Below are positions 19,860 to 29,791 of a stretch of 64,000 nt of DNA, in pieces. The position numbers were made by a program, and so were the translations under genes. Below the pieces are notes generated by a model. It searched no databases. It worked only from the letters and a program-made list of their open reading frames with translations, and was not told the origin of the DNA. Each line of letters begins with the position of its first letter. The first letter of the stretch is position 1. The stretch is from Acidimicrobiia bacterium (lineage in GTDB: Bacteria; Actinomycetota; Acidimicrobiia; Spongiisociales; UBA5794): positions 2,800 through 66,799 of the forward strand of contig JBFINP010000003.1 in assembly GCA_041611095.1 (NCBI GenBank), given 5' to 3'.

Positions 19860-21166
19860 GCGGGGTCTTCCACCGCACCGCCGCCGAGCCGGTGCTCGCC
19901 GTGCGGGGGGAGGGCGCCTGGGTGATCGACGCCGCAGGCAACCGCTACCTCGACGCCGCCGGCGGAGCGATCGCCGTCGGCATCGGCCACGGCGACGCCA
20001 CTGTGGCCGCGGCGATGCAGGAGCAGGCCGGGAAGCTCGCCTACGTCCATGCCAGCGCCTTCACGACGCCTCCGGTGGAGGAGTACGCCGCGGCGCTGGC
20101 CGAGGTCCTGCCGGTGAGGGATCCGTACGTGTTCCCCGTCTCCGGCGGCGCCGAGGCGGTGGAGACGGCGTTGAAACTGGTGCGGGCGCACCACCTTGCC
20201 CGAGGCAAGCCGGACCGGCACGTGGTCGTGGCCCGCCTCGGCTCGTATCACGGCAACACCCGCGGCGCTCTCGACGCCTCGGGCCGTCCCGGGCTGCGGA
20301 ACCCCTACGAGCCGTGGCTGGGCAAAACGGTCCACGTCCCGCCGGTTTACGAGTACCGGTGCCCGAGCCCGGACCATCCGGCCGGCTGCGGGAAGTGGCA
20401 CGCCGACCGGCTCGTCGAGACGTTCGAGCGCATCGGGCCAGAACGGGTGGCGGCCTTCATGGCCGAGCCCATCGCCGGTGCGACCCTGGCCGCCGCCGTT
20501 CCGACAGAGGACTACTGGTCTGCGGTGGCGGCGGCGTGCCGGGAGCATGGCGTGCTGCTCATCGCCGACGAGGTGATGACCGGGTTCGGTCGCACCGGAA
20601 CGTGGTTCGGCGTCGACCAGTGGGGTGTGCAGCCCGACATCGTGGTGGCGGCCAAGGGCGCATCGAGCGGCTACTGGCCGCTGGGTCTGTGCGTCGCCTC
20701 GGGAGCGGTACACGACACCGTGGTCAAGGCGGGCTTCGTCCACGGGTACACGTGGTCGCACCACCCGGTCGGGGCCGCCGTCGGGCTCGCCGTGCTGCGG
20801 CGGCTCCAGCAGGACCGGCTGGTGGAGCGGGCGGCGGCGGTGGGGGACCGGCTGCGGGCCCGTCTCACGTCGGAGCTCTCGGGGGTCGCCGGCGACGTGC
20901 GGGGCAAGGGCATGCTCATCGGCGTCGAGCTAGTGGCCGATCCGGCGACGAAGGCGCCGTTCCCCCGCACGGCCCGCATCGCCGAGCAGGTGGTGGCGGC
21001 CGCCCGGCGGCGCGGTCTCCTCCTCTACTCGTCGACGGGGCACGTGGCCGGTGACGGCGACCTGCTGCTGGTCGGTCCGCCCTTCACCATCGACGAGGAG
21101 GAGGAGACGATGCTCGCCGACCGGCTCGGCGCCGCCATCCGCGACGTCGTGGAGTACACGCCGTGA
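19856..21166 (+). CDS. Class-III (omega/ornithine-type) PLP aminotransferase
   Basis: ATG 19856 overlaps the upstream TGA. Motifs SGGAEAVETALKL, LLIADEVMTGFGRTG and VVAAKGASSGYWPLG (PLP-Lys region). Confidence 0.9.
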   Translation: MSGVFHRTAAEPVLAVRGEGAWVIDAAGNRYLDAAGGAIAVGIGHGDATVAAAMQEQAGKLAYVHASAFTTPPVEEYAAALAEVLPVRDPYVFPVSGGAEAVETALKLVRAHHLARGKPDRHVVVARLGSYHGNTRGALDASGRPGLRNPYEPWLGKTVHVPPVYEYRCPSPDHPAGCGKWHADRLVETFERIGPERVAAFMAEPIAGATLAAAVPTEDYWSAVAAACREHGVLLIADEVMTGFGRTGTWFGVDQWGVQPDIVVAAKGASSGYWPLGLCVASGAVHDTVVKAGFVHGYTWSHHPVGAAVGLAVLRRLQQDRLVERAAAVGDRLRARLTSELSGVAGDVRGKGMLIGVELVADPATKAPFPRTARIAEQVVAAARRRGLLLYSSTGHVAGDGDLLLVGPPFTIDEEEETMLADRLGAAIRDVVEYTP

Positions 21167-22242
21167 GCGCCGGCTCCCTCGAGATTCCGGCGGTGTGGAC
21201 GGAGGCCCATCGTCGCCACGACCCGCATGGGGAGGTCTGGGTGGGGGTGCTCATCCCGCCGCTCGAGGTTCCGGCGCGAGGCGAGGTGATCCGGGAGGCG
21301 TTGGAGACGGCCGGAGCGGAGATCGTGGCGCCGGCGGCCCATCCCCGATCGGACCTCGCCGCGGTCCACGATCCTGCGTTCCTCGATCACATGGAGACCG
21401 CCCACGATCGCTGGCTCGGTGCCGGGTTTGCTGATGACCCGGGACAGGACCGCGTCGTCCCCTACGTGTTTCCGCTGCCGCAGAGCTTCGGTGCCGTGCC
21501 GCGGCGCCAGCCGGCCGCCGAGTCGGCCCGAGCCGGCTGGTACGCCATGGACACGACCACCCCGCTGGGTGCCGGCACCTGGGAAGCGGCCGTGGCGGCG
21601 GCCGACTGCGCACTCACCGCCGCCGACATGGTGCTGGCGGGGCGGCGTGCCGTCTATGCGGCGTGCCGGCCGCCCGGCCACCACGTGGGGCGCGATTTCT
21701 ACGGCGGTTCGTGCTACCTCAACAATGCCGCCATCGCTGCGGAGCGGTTGCGGAACGGCGGAGTCGCCCGGGTCGCGATCGTCGATCTCGACGCCCACCA
21801 CGGCAACGGCACCCAGGTGCTCTTCTACGAGCGCGCCGACGTCGTCTACGCATCCGTGCACATCGATCCCGATGCGGGATGGTTTCCCCACTTCATGGGC
21901 CGGATGGACGAGACGGGTGCCGGTGACGGCGCCGGCTTCACCGTGAACGTGCCGCTCCCGGAAGGAGCGGGTGACGACGAGTGGCTGGCCGGGGTCGACC
22001 GGCTCTGCGCGGCGGTTGCCGGCTGCGAGGCGCTGGTGGTGTCGCTCGGCGTCGATGGTCATGCCGACGATCCGGAGAGTCCCCTCGAGGTGAGCGCCGC
22101 GGGCTATGCCGAGGCGGGGCGCCGACTGGGGCGGCTCGGGCTGCCCGCCGTCTTGGTGCAGGAGGGCGGCTACGACCTCACCACCCTCGGTGGCCTGGTC
22201 GTGGGAACACTGACAGGATTCGAGGACGGGAGCGCTGAATGA
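21163..22242 (+). CDS. Histone-deacetylase-family amidohydrolase (acetylpolyamine/acetoin-utilisation AcuC-like deacetylase)
   Basis: GTG 21163 overlaps the upstream TGA. Motifs CRPPGHHV, IVDLDAHHGNGTQ and SLGVDGHADDP are HDAC metal and catalytic motifs. Confidence 0.9.
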   Translation: MSAGSLEIPAVWTEAHRRHDPHGEVWVGVLIPPLEVPARGEVIREALETAGAEIVAPAAHPRSDLAAVHDPAFLDHMETAHDRWLGAGFADDPGQDRVVPYVFPLPQSFGAVPRRQPAAESARAGWYAMDTTTPLGAGTWEAAVAAADCALTAADMVLAGRRAVYAACRPPGHHVGRDFYGGSCYLNNAAIAAERLRNGGVARVAIVDLDAHHGNGTQVLFYERADVVYASVHIDPDAGWFPHFMGRMDETGAGDGAGFTVNVPLPEGAGDDEWLAGVDRLCAAVAGCEALVVSLGVDGHADDPESPLEVSAAGYAEAGRRLGRLGLPAVLVQEGGYDLTTLGGLVVGTLTGFEDGSAE

Positions 22243-24053
22243 GCATGTGGGTCAACGTGGACGACCACCATGGCGTGCCGAGCCAGCCACGCCACGACGT
22301 CGCGCCGCCGCCGCACTGGAGGCTCGAGGCCATCGCCTCCCTGGGCCGGCCCCACGATCTCGCGATGTCGGCGGATGGCACCGAGGTTGCCCTCGTCCTC
22401 GACGACGGCGATCTGTCCGACGTGTGGGCAATGGGCACCGACGGGTCCGGCCTCCGCCGCCTCACCACGGGCCGCGGCCCCTATGCCTTCTGGGAGGACA
22501 CGACCCCGGCTTGGTCACCCGACGCTTCATCGGTGGCATACGCCCAGGATGGCTGGATCCACGTGGTACCCGCCGCAGGAGGAGCGCCGCGGCGGCTGGT
22601 CGAGGGCGGATCGCCGCTGTGGCTCGGCGACAACCACCTGCTGATCACCGTGGATCGCGACCGTGTGAACCGCCTCTGCCGCATCCCGGTCGACGACCCC
22701 TGGCCGGCGGCGCTGACCCCGCCGGACGGGCACGCCTCGGGTGCGTCGGTCGCCCCCGACGGACAGAGCGTCGTCTATGTCTACGCCCCCAAGGACGACC
22801 GCAGGCGCAGCGACATCCGGGTGCTCGACCTTTCCGGCGGCTCCGTGGCGACGGTGGTGTCGACCCCCGGTTTCTTCAACGCGGGCCCGGCCTACTCGCC
22901 GGACGGACGTCGCATCGTCTTCTCCTCGGAGCGCTCGGGCTGGAACGAGCTGTACCTGCTCGAGGACGGCACCGAGCGCCGGCTCACCCACGACGCCGCC
23001 GGGTTCACCACCATGCGCTGGAGCCCCTCAGGAACCCAGATCCTCGCCGTCCGCACCAGAGCCGGCGTCTCCGATCTGGTCACGGTCGACGCCACGAGCG
23101 GGGAGGTGAGCGTCCTCGCCTCGGGCGGCATCTGGTCCGATCCGGGGTGGACCGACGGTGGGGGAGTAGTCGCCCTCTACGAGGACCACCGCACGCCGCC
23201 GCAGATCATGCATGTGCGCGCATCTGCCGACTCGGCAACCCTGCTCGCCCGGATCCCGGCGGCGATCACGACGGCTCCTCACCACCCCCCGACGGCCGTC
23301 ACGTATCCCTCGGTCGACGGCTTGGAGATCCCCGGCTACCTCTTCGAGCCGCCCGCCGCCAAGGGGCGCTGCCCTGTCGTCGTCTATCCGCACGGCGGTC
23401 CCACCTCCCACTACGGCGACGAGTGGGACGGGCATGCGCAGTACTTCCTGGACAAGGGCTACGGCTGGTTCGCCATCAACTTCCGCGGCTCCACCAGCTA
23501 CGGCCTCGACTTCGAGCACGCCGAGCACGGAGAGTGGGGAGTCGCCGACACCGAGGACTGTCTCGCGGCGTACGACTACCTGGCGGGGCTCGACTGGGTC
23601 GATCCCGAGCGCGTCGCCATCTTCGGGGCCAGCTACGGGTCCTATCTCGCTGTCGCCGCCCTCGCCCGCGATCCGCATCACCGCTTCGCCTGTGGGGTGG
23701 CCAAGTACGGCGACTGCGACATCCTGACCTCGTGGGCGCAGGGGGATCAGGTCGGCGTCGAGGACCTCGAGCGGATGATGGGCCACCCCACCGAGAACCG
23801 AGCCGGCTACCGCGACGGATCCCCGGTGCATTGGGTGGCCGACATCGAGCGGCCCCTGTTGATCGCCCACGGCGAGCAGGACGAGCGGGTGAGCCCGAAA
23901 CAGTCCGAGCAGCTCGTCGCCGCGTTGCGAGAGCACGGCAAGACCTTCGAGTACGTCACGTACCCCACCGAGGGTCACGGGCTGCTGCGTAGGGGCCCTC
24001 AGATCCACTTCTACCAGCGGTTGGAGCGGTTCCTGGACTGGTACCTCATGTGA
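22239..24053 (+). CDS. S9-family serine peptidase (prolyl oligopeptidase/dipeptidyl aminopeptidase type) with N-terminal beta-propeller
   Basis: ATG 22239 overlaps the upstream TGA. WSPDxxxxxY-type propeller repeats, nucleophile elbow IFGASYGSYLA, and a C-terminal GEQDERV...YPTEGHG. Confidence 0.9.
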   Translation: MSMWVNVDDHHGVPSQPRHDVAPPPHWRLEAIASLGRPHDLAMSADGTEVALVLDDGDLSDVWAMGTDGSGLRRLTTGRGPYAFWEDTTPAWSPDASSVAYAQDGWIHVVPAAGGAPRRLVEGGSPLWLGDNHLLITVDRDRVNRLCRIPVDDPWPAALTPPDGHASGASVAPDGQSVVYVYAPKDDRRRSDIRVLDLSGGSVATVVSTPGFFNAGPAYSPDGRRIVFSSERSGWNELYLLEDGTERRLTHDAAGFTTMRWSPSGTQILAVRTRAGVSDLVTVDATSGEVSVLASGGIWSDPGWTDGGGVVALYEDHRTPPQIMHVRASADSATLLARIPAAITTAPHHPPTAVTYPSVDGLEIPGYLFEPPAAKGRCPVVVYPHGGPTSHYGDEWDGHAQYFLDKGYGWFAINFRGSTSYGLDFEHAEHGEWGVADTEDCLAAYDYLAGLDWVDPERVAIFGASYGSYLAVAALARDPHHRFACGVAKYGDCDILTSWAQGDQVGVEDLERMMGHPTENRAGYRDGSPVHWVADIERPLLIAHGEQDERVSPKQSEQLVAALREHGKTFEYVTYPTEGHGLLRRGPQIHFYQRLERFLDWYLM

Positions 24054-24192
24054 CGGCGGAGCGGCCGACGGCCCGTTCCGAGGACGGTTCGAGTCAGGCT
24101 CGATATCGGCCTGCGACACGCCGCCGGGGGACCGAAGCACGGCGCTCCCAGGCGCTCTAAGCTCGATCAATTTCTCTGCCCGGGAGGTTGAG

Positions 24193-25953
24193 ATGCGGCG
24201 CCTCGTCTCGTCGGTCGGCCTGACCGCAGCGCTCCTGTTCCTCGTCGTTCCGCTCGTCGCAGCCCAGGAGGATGGCGGCGACCTGGTCACCCTTCGCATC
24301 GGGCTCACCCAGGACTGGGAGACCCTCAATCCCACCGTCGGGTTCGCAGTCTCCGAGTACGAGATCTGGAACATCCACTACGCAACGCTCACCGACAAGG
24401 CGGCGGACGACTTCGAAACCATCCCCGGCCTCGCCGAGTCCTGGGAGACCTCGGACGACGGGCTCACCATCACCTACACCTTGCGCGAAGGACTGCAGTG
24501 GTCCGATGGCGAACCACTCACCGCGGAGGACGTGGCGTGGAACATCAACACCGCCCGCGACCAGGAGTGGGACAACATGATCTCGACCGTGGTCAACATC
24601 GAGGCCACGGTCATCGACGAGCGCACCGTTCAGCTCGTGTCGTCGGTGCCCGACCCGAAGCTCCCGACGATGGACGTCTACCTGCTGCCGCAGCACATCT
24701 GGGAGCCGATCGCCACGGACTACGACTCCACCACGCAGTACGACGCACTGGACGGGGTGGGAAGCGGCCCGTTCGTGGTCAGCGACTTCGCCAAAGGCCA
24801 ATCGGTGACGATGGTCGCCAACCCCAACTATTGGGGTTGGGAGGGCGAGGAGCCGCCCTACGACCAGATCATCTTCCAGCTCTTCGAGAACCCAGACGCC
24901 ATGGTGGCGGCGCTCCAGCAGGGCCAGCTCGATGCGATCCACGGCTTCCCGGCCGGTTCGGCCGAAGCGCTGGATGCCGATCCCAACATCGAAGTGGTCG
25001 CCGGCCAGCAGGGCGGCTTCGACGAGATCGCCATCAACGGAGGCGCCGCCGAGGGCCAGCCCCATCCGGCCCTTCTCGACCTCGAGGTGCGCCGGGCCAT
25101 CTCGTATGCGATCGATCGGGAAGCGGTGATCGAGGACCTCTGGTTCGGGCTCGCCTCCCCGCTCGAGACGATGAGCCCCGGCGCCGACACCAAGTGGATC
25201 CCGGACATCTCCGGCGACGGCGCCTTCACGTACGACCCGGAGAAAGCCCGTCAGATCCTCGACGACGCCGGCTACCTCGACACCGACGCCGACGGCATCC
25301 GCGAGATGCCGGACGGCACCAACCCGATCATTCTCCGTCATGCGGTGAACACCGACGGTGACCTCGCCGGACCGATCGGTGACCTGTTCAAGGGCTGGAT
25401 GGAGGACATCGGCATCGGGGTCGAGCTGGAGTCGTACGACCAGGATGCGCTGTTCGGGGTCATCGTCGACGGCACCTACGACACGTTCTTCTGGGGCTGG
25501 GTGCCCTTCGTCGACCCCGATCCGATGCTGTCGTACTTCACCGAGGCCGAGCTGGGCAACTACAACGACGCCAACTGGTTCGACCCCCAATTCGATCAGC
25601 TGTACCTGGAGCAGAAGGAGGAGCTCGATCCGGACCGGCGGCTCGACATCGTGCACGAGATGCTGACGATCCTCCACGACGCCGCCGTCTACATCCCGAT
25701 GTACCTGGGCCCCGATCTCCAGGCGTACCGAACCGACACGTTCGAGGGTTGGGTGCAGCAGCCGGCGGAGATCGGCCCGGTCATGTTCTCCAACTCGTCG
25801 CCGAGCTACGCCCGCCTCCGCCCCGTCGGTGCCGGCGGCGGCGACGACGGGGGTGTCAACTGGCTGCTCATCGGCAGCATCGCCGGCATCGTCGTGATCG
25901 GCGGCGCCCTGGTCATGACCAGGCGTCGCGCCTCTGCCGACGAGCGGGAGTGA
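24193..25953 (+). CDS. Family-5 (peptide/nickel/opine type) ABC substrate-binding protein with signal peptide and C-terminal transmembrane anchor
   Basis: MRRLVSSVGLTAALLFLVVPLVAAQE is a signal peptide without a lipobox Cys. SBP_bac_5 blocks include LAESWETSDDGLTITYTLREGLQWSDGEPLTAEDV. The C-terminus is GVNWLLIGSIAGIVVIGGALVMTRRRASADERE, a hydrophobic helix with a basic tail. Confidence 0.9.
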   Translation: MRRLVSSVGLTAALLFLVVPLVAAQEDGGDLVTLRIGLTQDWETLNPTVGFAVSEYEIWNIHYATLTDKAADDFETIPGLAESWETSDDGLTITYTLREGLQWSDGEPLTAEDVAWNINTARDQEWDNMISTVVNIEATVIDERTVQLVSSVPDPKLPTMDVYLLPQHIWEPIATDYDSTTQYDALDGVGSGPFVVSDFAKGQSVTMVANPNYWGWEGEEPPYDQIIFQLFENPDAMVAALQQGQLDAIHGFPAGSAEALDADPNIEVVAGQQGGFDEIAINGGAAEGQPHPALLDLEVRRAISYAIDREAVIEDLWFGLASPLETMSPGADTKWIPDISGDGAFTYDPEKARQILDDAGYLDTDADGIREMPDGTNPIILRHAVNTDGDLAGPIGDLFKGWMEDIGIGVELESYDQDALFGVIVDGTYDTFFWGWVPFVDPDPMLSYFTEAELGNYNDANWFDPQFDQLYLEQKEELDPDRRLDIVHEMLTILHDAAVYIPMYLGPDLQAYRTDTFEGWVQQPAEIGPVMFSNSSPSYARLRPVGAGGGDDGGVNWLLIGSIAGIVVIGGALVMTRRRASADERE

Positions 25954-25969
25954 TGGGCTGAGGAGCATC

Positions 25970-26956
25970 GTGCGGGGAGAGAGGAGGAGGCGAGGGCGGC
26001 TCGTAGGGCGCAAGGTCCTCGGGTCGGTCGTCACCCTCGTCTTCGTCCTCGTTTTCAACTTCTTCCTGTTCCGGGTGGTGCAGGCAGACCCGATCGCATC
26101 GCTGTTCCGCGGCCGCAACGTGCCGCAGCAGACCATCGACGATCTCCGGACGTCGTTCGGTCTCGACGAGCCGGCCCTCACCCAGTTTGCGTACTACCTG
26201 CGGGAGACCGCCCAGCTCAACCTGGGGATCTCGTACCAGAGCCGGCAGCCGGTGTGGGGCGAGATCACGAGCGCCGTGCCGGCCACGGTCGCTCTGGTGG
26301 GGATCTCGGCGGTTCTCTCGGCGGTGATCGGGACGACTCTCGGCATCGTCGCCGCCTGGCGCCGCAACACGTGGAAGGACCACACCATCACGTCGGGCAC
26401 GATGGTCTTCTACTCGATGCCCGACTTCTGGCTGGGGATGATCCTCCTCGTCGGCTTCGCCGTCGTGCTGGGGTGGTTCCCGGTCGGCGGGATCGTCGAC
26501 GCGGGGTCGCGAGCCACCGGTTTCGACCGATTGCTCGACCAGGCACACCACATCTTCCTGCCGGCGCTGACCCTGACCCTCGCCTACCTCGGTGAGTACG
26601 CCCTGATCGCCCGGAGCTCGCTCCTCGACGTGATGGGCGAGGACTACCTCGTGGTGGCGCGCGCCAAGGGCCTCCGCGACGCCGTAGTGCGCAACCGCCA
26701 TGCGGTACCCAATGCGGTCTTGCCGGTTGTGACGTTGACCGCCATCAACTTCGGGTTTGTCCTGTCGGGTGCGATCGCCGTCGAGGCCGTGTTCTCGTGG
26801 CCGGGTCTCGGCAAGGCGACGGCCGACGCCATCCGCGGTCCCGATTTACCGATGCTGCAGGGACTCTTCCTGCTCTTCAGCGCATCGGTGATCGTCTTCA
26901 ACCTGCTCGCCGATCTGGCGTACGTCTGGCTCGATCCTCGGGTGGAGGAGGTATGA
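25970..26956 (+). CDS. ABC permease (DppB/OppB-like)
   Basis: Track ORF. An N-terminal helix then LGLDEP, plus a conserved loop VVARAKGLRDAVVRNRHAVPNA. Confidence 0.9.
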   Translation: MRGERRRRGRLVGRKVLGSVVTLVFVLVFNFFLFRVVQADPIASLFRGRNVPQQTIDDLRTSFGLDEPALTQFAYYLRETAQLNLGISYQSRQPVWGEITSAVPATVALVGISAVLSAVIGTTLGIVAAWRRNTWKDHTITSGTMVFYSMPDFWLGMILLVGFAVVLGWFPVGGIVDAGSRATGFDRLLDQAHHIFLPALTLTLAYLGEYALIARSSLLDVMGEDYLVVARAKGLRDAVVRNRHAVPNAVLPVVTLTAINFGFVLSGAIAVEAVFSWPGLGKATADAIRGPDLPMLQGLFLLFSASVIVFNLLADLAYVWLDPRVEEV

Positions 26957-27843
26957 CGAGCATCGCGATGCAGCGCCGCAAGGCGACGGCCCTCCGAGTG
27001 TGGAAGCAGTTCCGCAGCTCCCGCCAGGGGATGATCGGCCTCGCCGTGCTCGGGGTGTTCGTGCTGCTGGCGCTCGCCGCCCCCCTGCTCGCCGAGATGC
27101 GGGAGCTCAATCCGGTGTTCGCCCGCGCCCAGGGCAATCCGCAATGGGGATCCCCGGGCGACTTCGGCCCGCTCGGCACCGATCACATCCGGCGCTCCGT
27201 CTGGGCGCAGTTCGTGTGGGGCTCACGGGTGAGCCTCTTCGTTGGGCTGGCGGCGACCGTGCTGACGATCTTCATCGGCTCGGTGGTCGGCATCGTCTCG
27301 GGGTTCTTCGGCGGACGCACGGACGCGATCCTCATGCGCATCACCGAGTGGTTCCTCGTCATCCCGTTTCTGCCGCTGGCGATCGTGCTCGCCTCGGTGC
27401 TGGGCCGCTCGATCTGGAACATCATCTTCGTGATCGGGGTCACCTCGTGGCCGTCCACGGCGCGGCTGGTGCGTGCCCAGGTCTTGATCGTGAAGCAGCG
27501 GCTCTTCGTCGACCGGGCGCGTTCGCTCGGGGCCGGCGGCGGACACATCGTGCTGCACCACATTCTTCCCAACATCAGCGGTCTCATCCTCGCAAACGCC
27601 ACCCTCGCGGTGCCGATCTCGATCCTCACGGAAACCACCCTGGCGTTCCTCGGTCTCGGCGATCCGTCGTCGGCGTCGTGGGGCAAGACGCTCGAGGAGG
27701 CATTCGTCAACGGGGCCATCGTGCGCAACGCCTGGTGGTATTTCGTTCCGGCGGGCATCGGGATCCTCACGGTCGTGCTCGCTTTCACGCTCATCGGCCG
27801 GACGCTCGAAGAGATCGCCAACCCGAGGCTGAGCAGGGGCTGA
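26953..27843 (+). CDS. ABC permease (DppC/OppC-like)
   Basis: ATG 26953 overlaps the upstream TGA behind GGAGGAGG. Motifs PLGTDHIRRSVWAQ and FVDRARSLGAGGGHIVLHHILPN. Confidence 0.9.
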   Translation: MTSIAMQRRKATALRVWKQFRSSRQGMIGLAVLGVFVLLALAAPLLAEMRELNPVFARAQGNPQWGSPGDFGPLGTDHIRRSVWAQFVWGSRVSLFVGLAATVLTIFIGSVVGIVSGFFGGRTDAILMRITEWFLVIPFLPLAIVLASVLGRSIWNIIFVIGVTSWPSTARLVRAQVLIVKQRLFVDRARSLGAGGGHIVLHHILPNISGLILANATLAVPISILTETTLAFLGLGDPSSASWGKTLEEAFVNGAIVRNAWWYFVPAGIGILTVVLAFTLIGRTLEEIANPRLSRG

Positions 27844-28805
27844 TGGACGACCCGATCCTGTCCGTCCGTGACCTCCACATCACCTACCACACGAGCGGCG
27901 GTCCGGTCCCGGCGGTTCGTGGCGTCGGGTTCGACCTCGAGCGGGGCGGCTCCCTGGGACTGGCGGGGGAGTCCGGCTGCGGCAAATCGACGCTGGCGAA
28001 CTCGTTGCTCCGCCTGTTGCCCTCCGATGCAGAGGTCGCCGGGAAGATCGTGCTCGACGGCCGCGACGTGCTCTCCTTGAATCCGGGGGGGCTGCGTGCG
28101 GTCCGCTGGACGTCGGGTGCGATCGTGTTCCAGGGTGCGCTGCACGCGCTCAACCCGGTGCAGACGGCCGGCGAGCAGATCGCTGAGCCGATGCTCGTCC
28201 ACGGGACGGCGAGTTCGGAGAAGGATGCTCGCGATCGGACGATCGAGCTGCTCGGGCGGGTCGGGCTAGCCGGGAAGCTGGCAGGCTCGTACCCGCACCA
28301 GCTCTCCGGGGGTCAGCGGCAACGGGTGCTCATCGCGATGGCCCTGGCGTGCGACCCGTTGCTCCTCATCGCCGACGAACCCACCACCGCCCTCGACCTC
28401 ATGGTTCAGGCTCAGGTGCTCGCTCTGCTCGACGAGCTGAAGCAGGAGCGCGGTCTCACATTGCTGTTCATCACGCACGACCTCTCGGTGCTGACGTATG
28501 CATGCCGCCGCCTGGCCATCATGTACGCCGGGCGCATCGTCGAGGAAGGACCGAGCTGGGAGGTCTTCGCGTCGCCGGCCCACCCCTACACCCGCGGATT
28601 GGCGGCGGCGTTCCCCACCATCGGCGACGCAGCCTCGCGGATGGCGCCCGCCGGGCTGGGCGGCGATCCACCCACACCGGACCGGCTACCCCCTGGCTGT
28701 CCCTTCAACCCGCGCTGCCCGCTCGCCCAGGAGGGCTGTCGGGACGCCGAGCCGGACCTGCGAGCTGCCGGACCCGAGAGGAGGGCGGCGTGCATCCTGG
28801 TGTGA
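27843..28805 (+). CDS. ABC ATPase (DppD/OppD-like)
   Basis: ATG 27843 abuts the upstream TGA. Walker A GESGCGKST, signature LSGGQRQR, Walker B LLIADEPTTALD, and a C-terminal oligopeptide-type Cys motif CPFNPRCP. Confidence 0.9.
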   Translation: MDDPILSVRDLHITYHTSGGPVPAVRGVGFDLERGGSLGLAGESGCGKSTLANSLLRLLPSDAEVAGKIVLDGRDVLSLNPGGLRAVRWTSGAIVFQGALHALNPVQTAGEQIAEPMLVHGTASSEKDARDRTIELLGRVGLAGKLAGSYPHQLSGGQRQRVLIAMALACDPLLLIADEPTTALDLMVQAQVLALLDELKQERGLTLLFITHDLSVLTYACRRLAIMYAGRIVEEGPSWEVFASPAHPYTRGLAAAFPTIGDAASRMAPAGLGGDPPTPDRLPPGCPFNPRCPLAQEGCRDAEPDLRAAGPERRAACILV

Positions 28806-29791
28806 GCCCACTCGTCGAGGTCGATCAGCTCCACGTGCACTTCGGAGCCGCTCGCGCCGTCGATGGAGCGTCGCTGCGGGTGTTCCCCGGCGAGGTGCTG
28901 GCGCTGGTCGGGGAGTCCGGCTCGGGCAAGACCACGCTGATCCGAGCCATCCAGGGTCTGCAGGCGCCCGCCTCGGGGACGATCCGTGTCGCGGGACGGC
29001 CCGTCGAGCGCGGGGGGGTTCGTGGCGGGCGCCATCACGGAACGGCCGCCGTTCAGATGGTCTTCCAGGACCCGACCGGTGCACTCAACCCGCGCCAGAC
29101 CATCTACGAGATCGTGGCCGAGGGTCTGCGCATTGCTCGGCGAGGCGGGGACGAGACCCAGCATGTGCTCGATGCGCTGGCCCGGGCGGGTCTGCGTCCC
29201 CCGGAGCGGTTCCTCCACATCTACCCACACGAGATCTCGGGAGGGCAGCGGCAGCGGGTCGTCATCGCCGGGGCGATGGTGATGGAACCGCGGCTGCTGC
29301 TCGCCGACGAGCCGGTGGCCAGCCTCGATGCCTCGATTCGCGGCGAGATCCTCGCCCTCATGCGACGTCTGGTAGAGGGCAGCGATCTCGCCATCCTCGC
29401 CGTCACCCACGATCTCGGTCTGGCCTGGAACATCGCCGACCGGGTGGCCGTGATGTATCTCGGGCGCATCGTCGAGAGCGGCCGCACCGAGGAGATCCTC
29501 GAAGATCCCAAGCACCCCTACACGCAGGCCTTGCTGTCGGTCGTGCCCGAGACCCGGGAGATGGAGCAGCAGATCCTGACCGGCGAGATCCCCGACTCGG
29601 CACGCATCCCGTCGGGCTGCCGCTTCCATCCCCGCTGTCCTCTGCTCAAGTCGGGGACGTTGGCCGACGAGATCGCCGCCCGCTGCCCGACCGCGGACCC
29701 GGGACCGGTGCCAGGCGATGCTCGCTCCGCCGCCGCCTGCTGGGCCGTTATCGGCGGGCGGGGCGTTCCGCCGGGCGGCTACACCATGTAG
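28802..29791 (+). CDS. ABC ATPase (DppF/OppF-like)
   Basis: GTG 28802 forms a GTGA overlap; GTG 28790 is an alternative start. Walker A GESGSGKTT, signature ISGGQRQR, Walker B LLLADEPVASLD, and CRFHPRCP. Confidence 0.9.
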   Translation: MSPLVEVDQLHVHFGAARAVDGASLRVFPGEVLALVGESGSGKTTLIRAIQGLQAPASGTIRVAGRPVERGGVRGGRHHGTAAVQMVFQDPTGALNPRQTIYEIVAEGLRIARRGGDETQHVLDALARAGLRPPERFLHIYPHEISGGQRQRVVIAGAMVMEPRLLLADEPVASLDASIRGEILALMRRLVEGSDLAILAVTHDLGLAWNIADRVAVMYLGRIVESGRTEEILEDPKHPYTQALLSVVPETREMEQQILTGEIPDSARIPSGCRFHPRCPLLKSGTLADEIAARCPTADPGPVPGDARSAAACWAVIGGRGVPPGGYTM

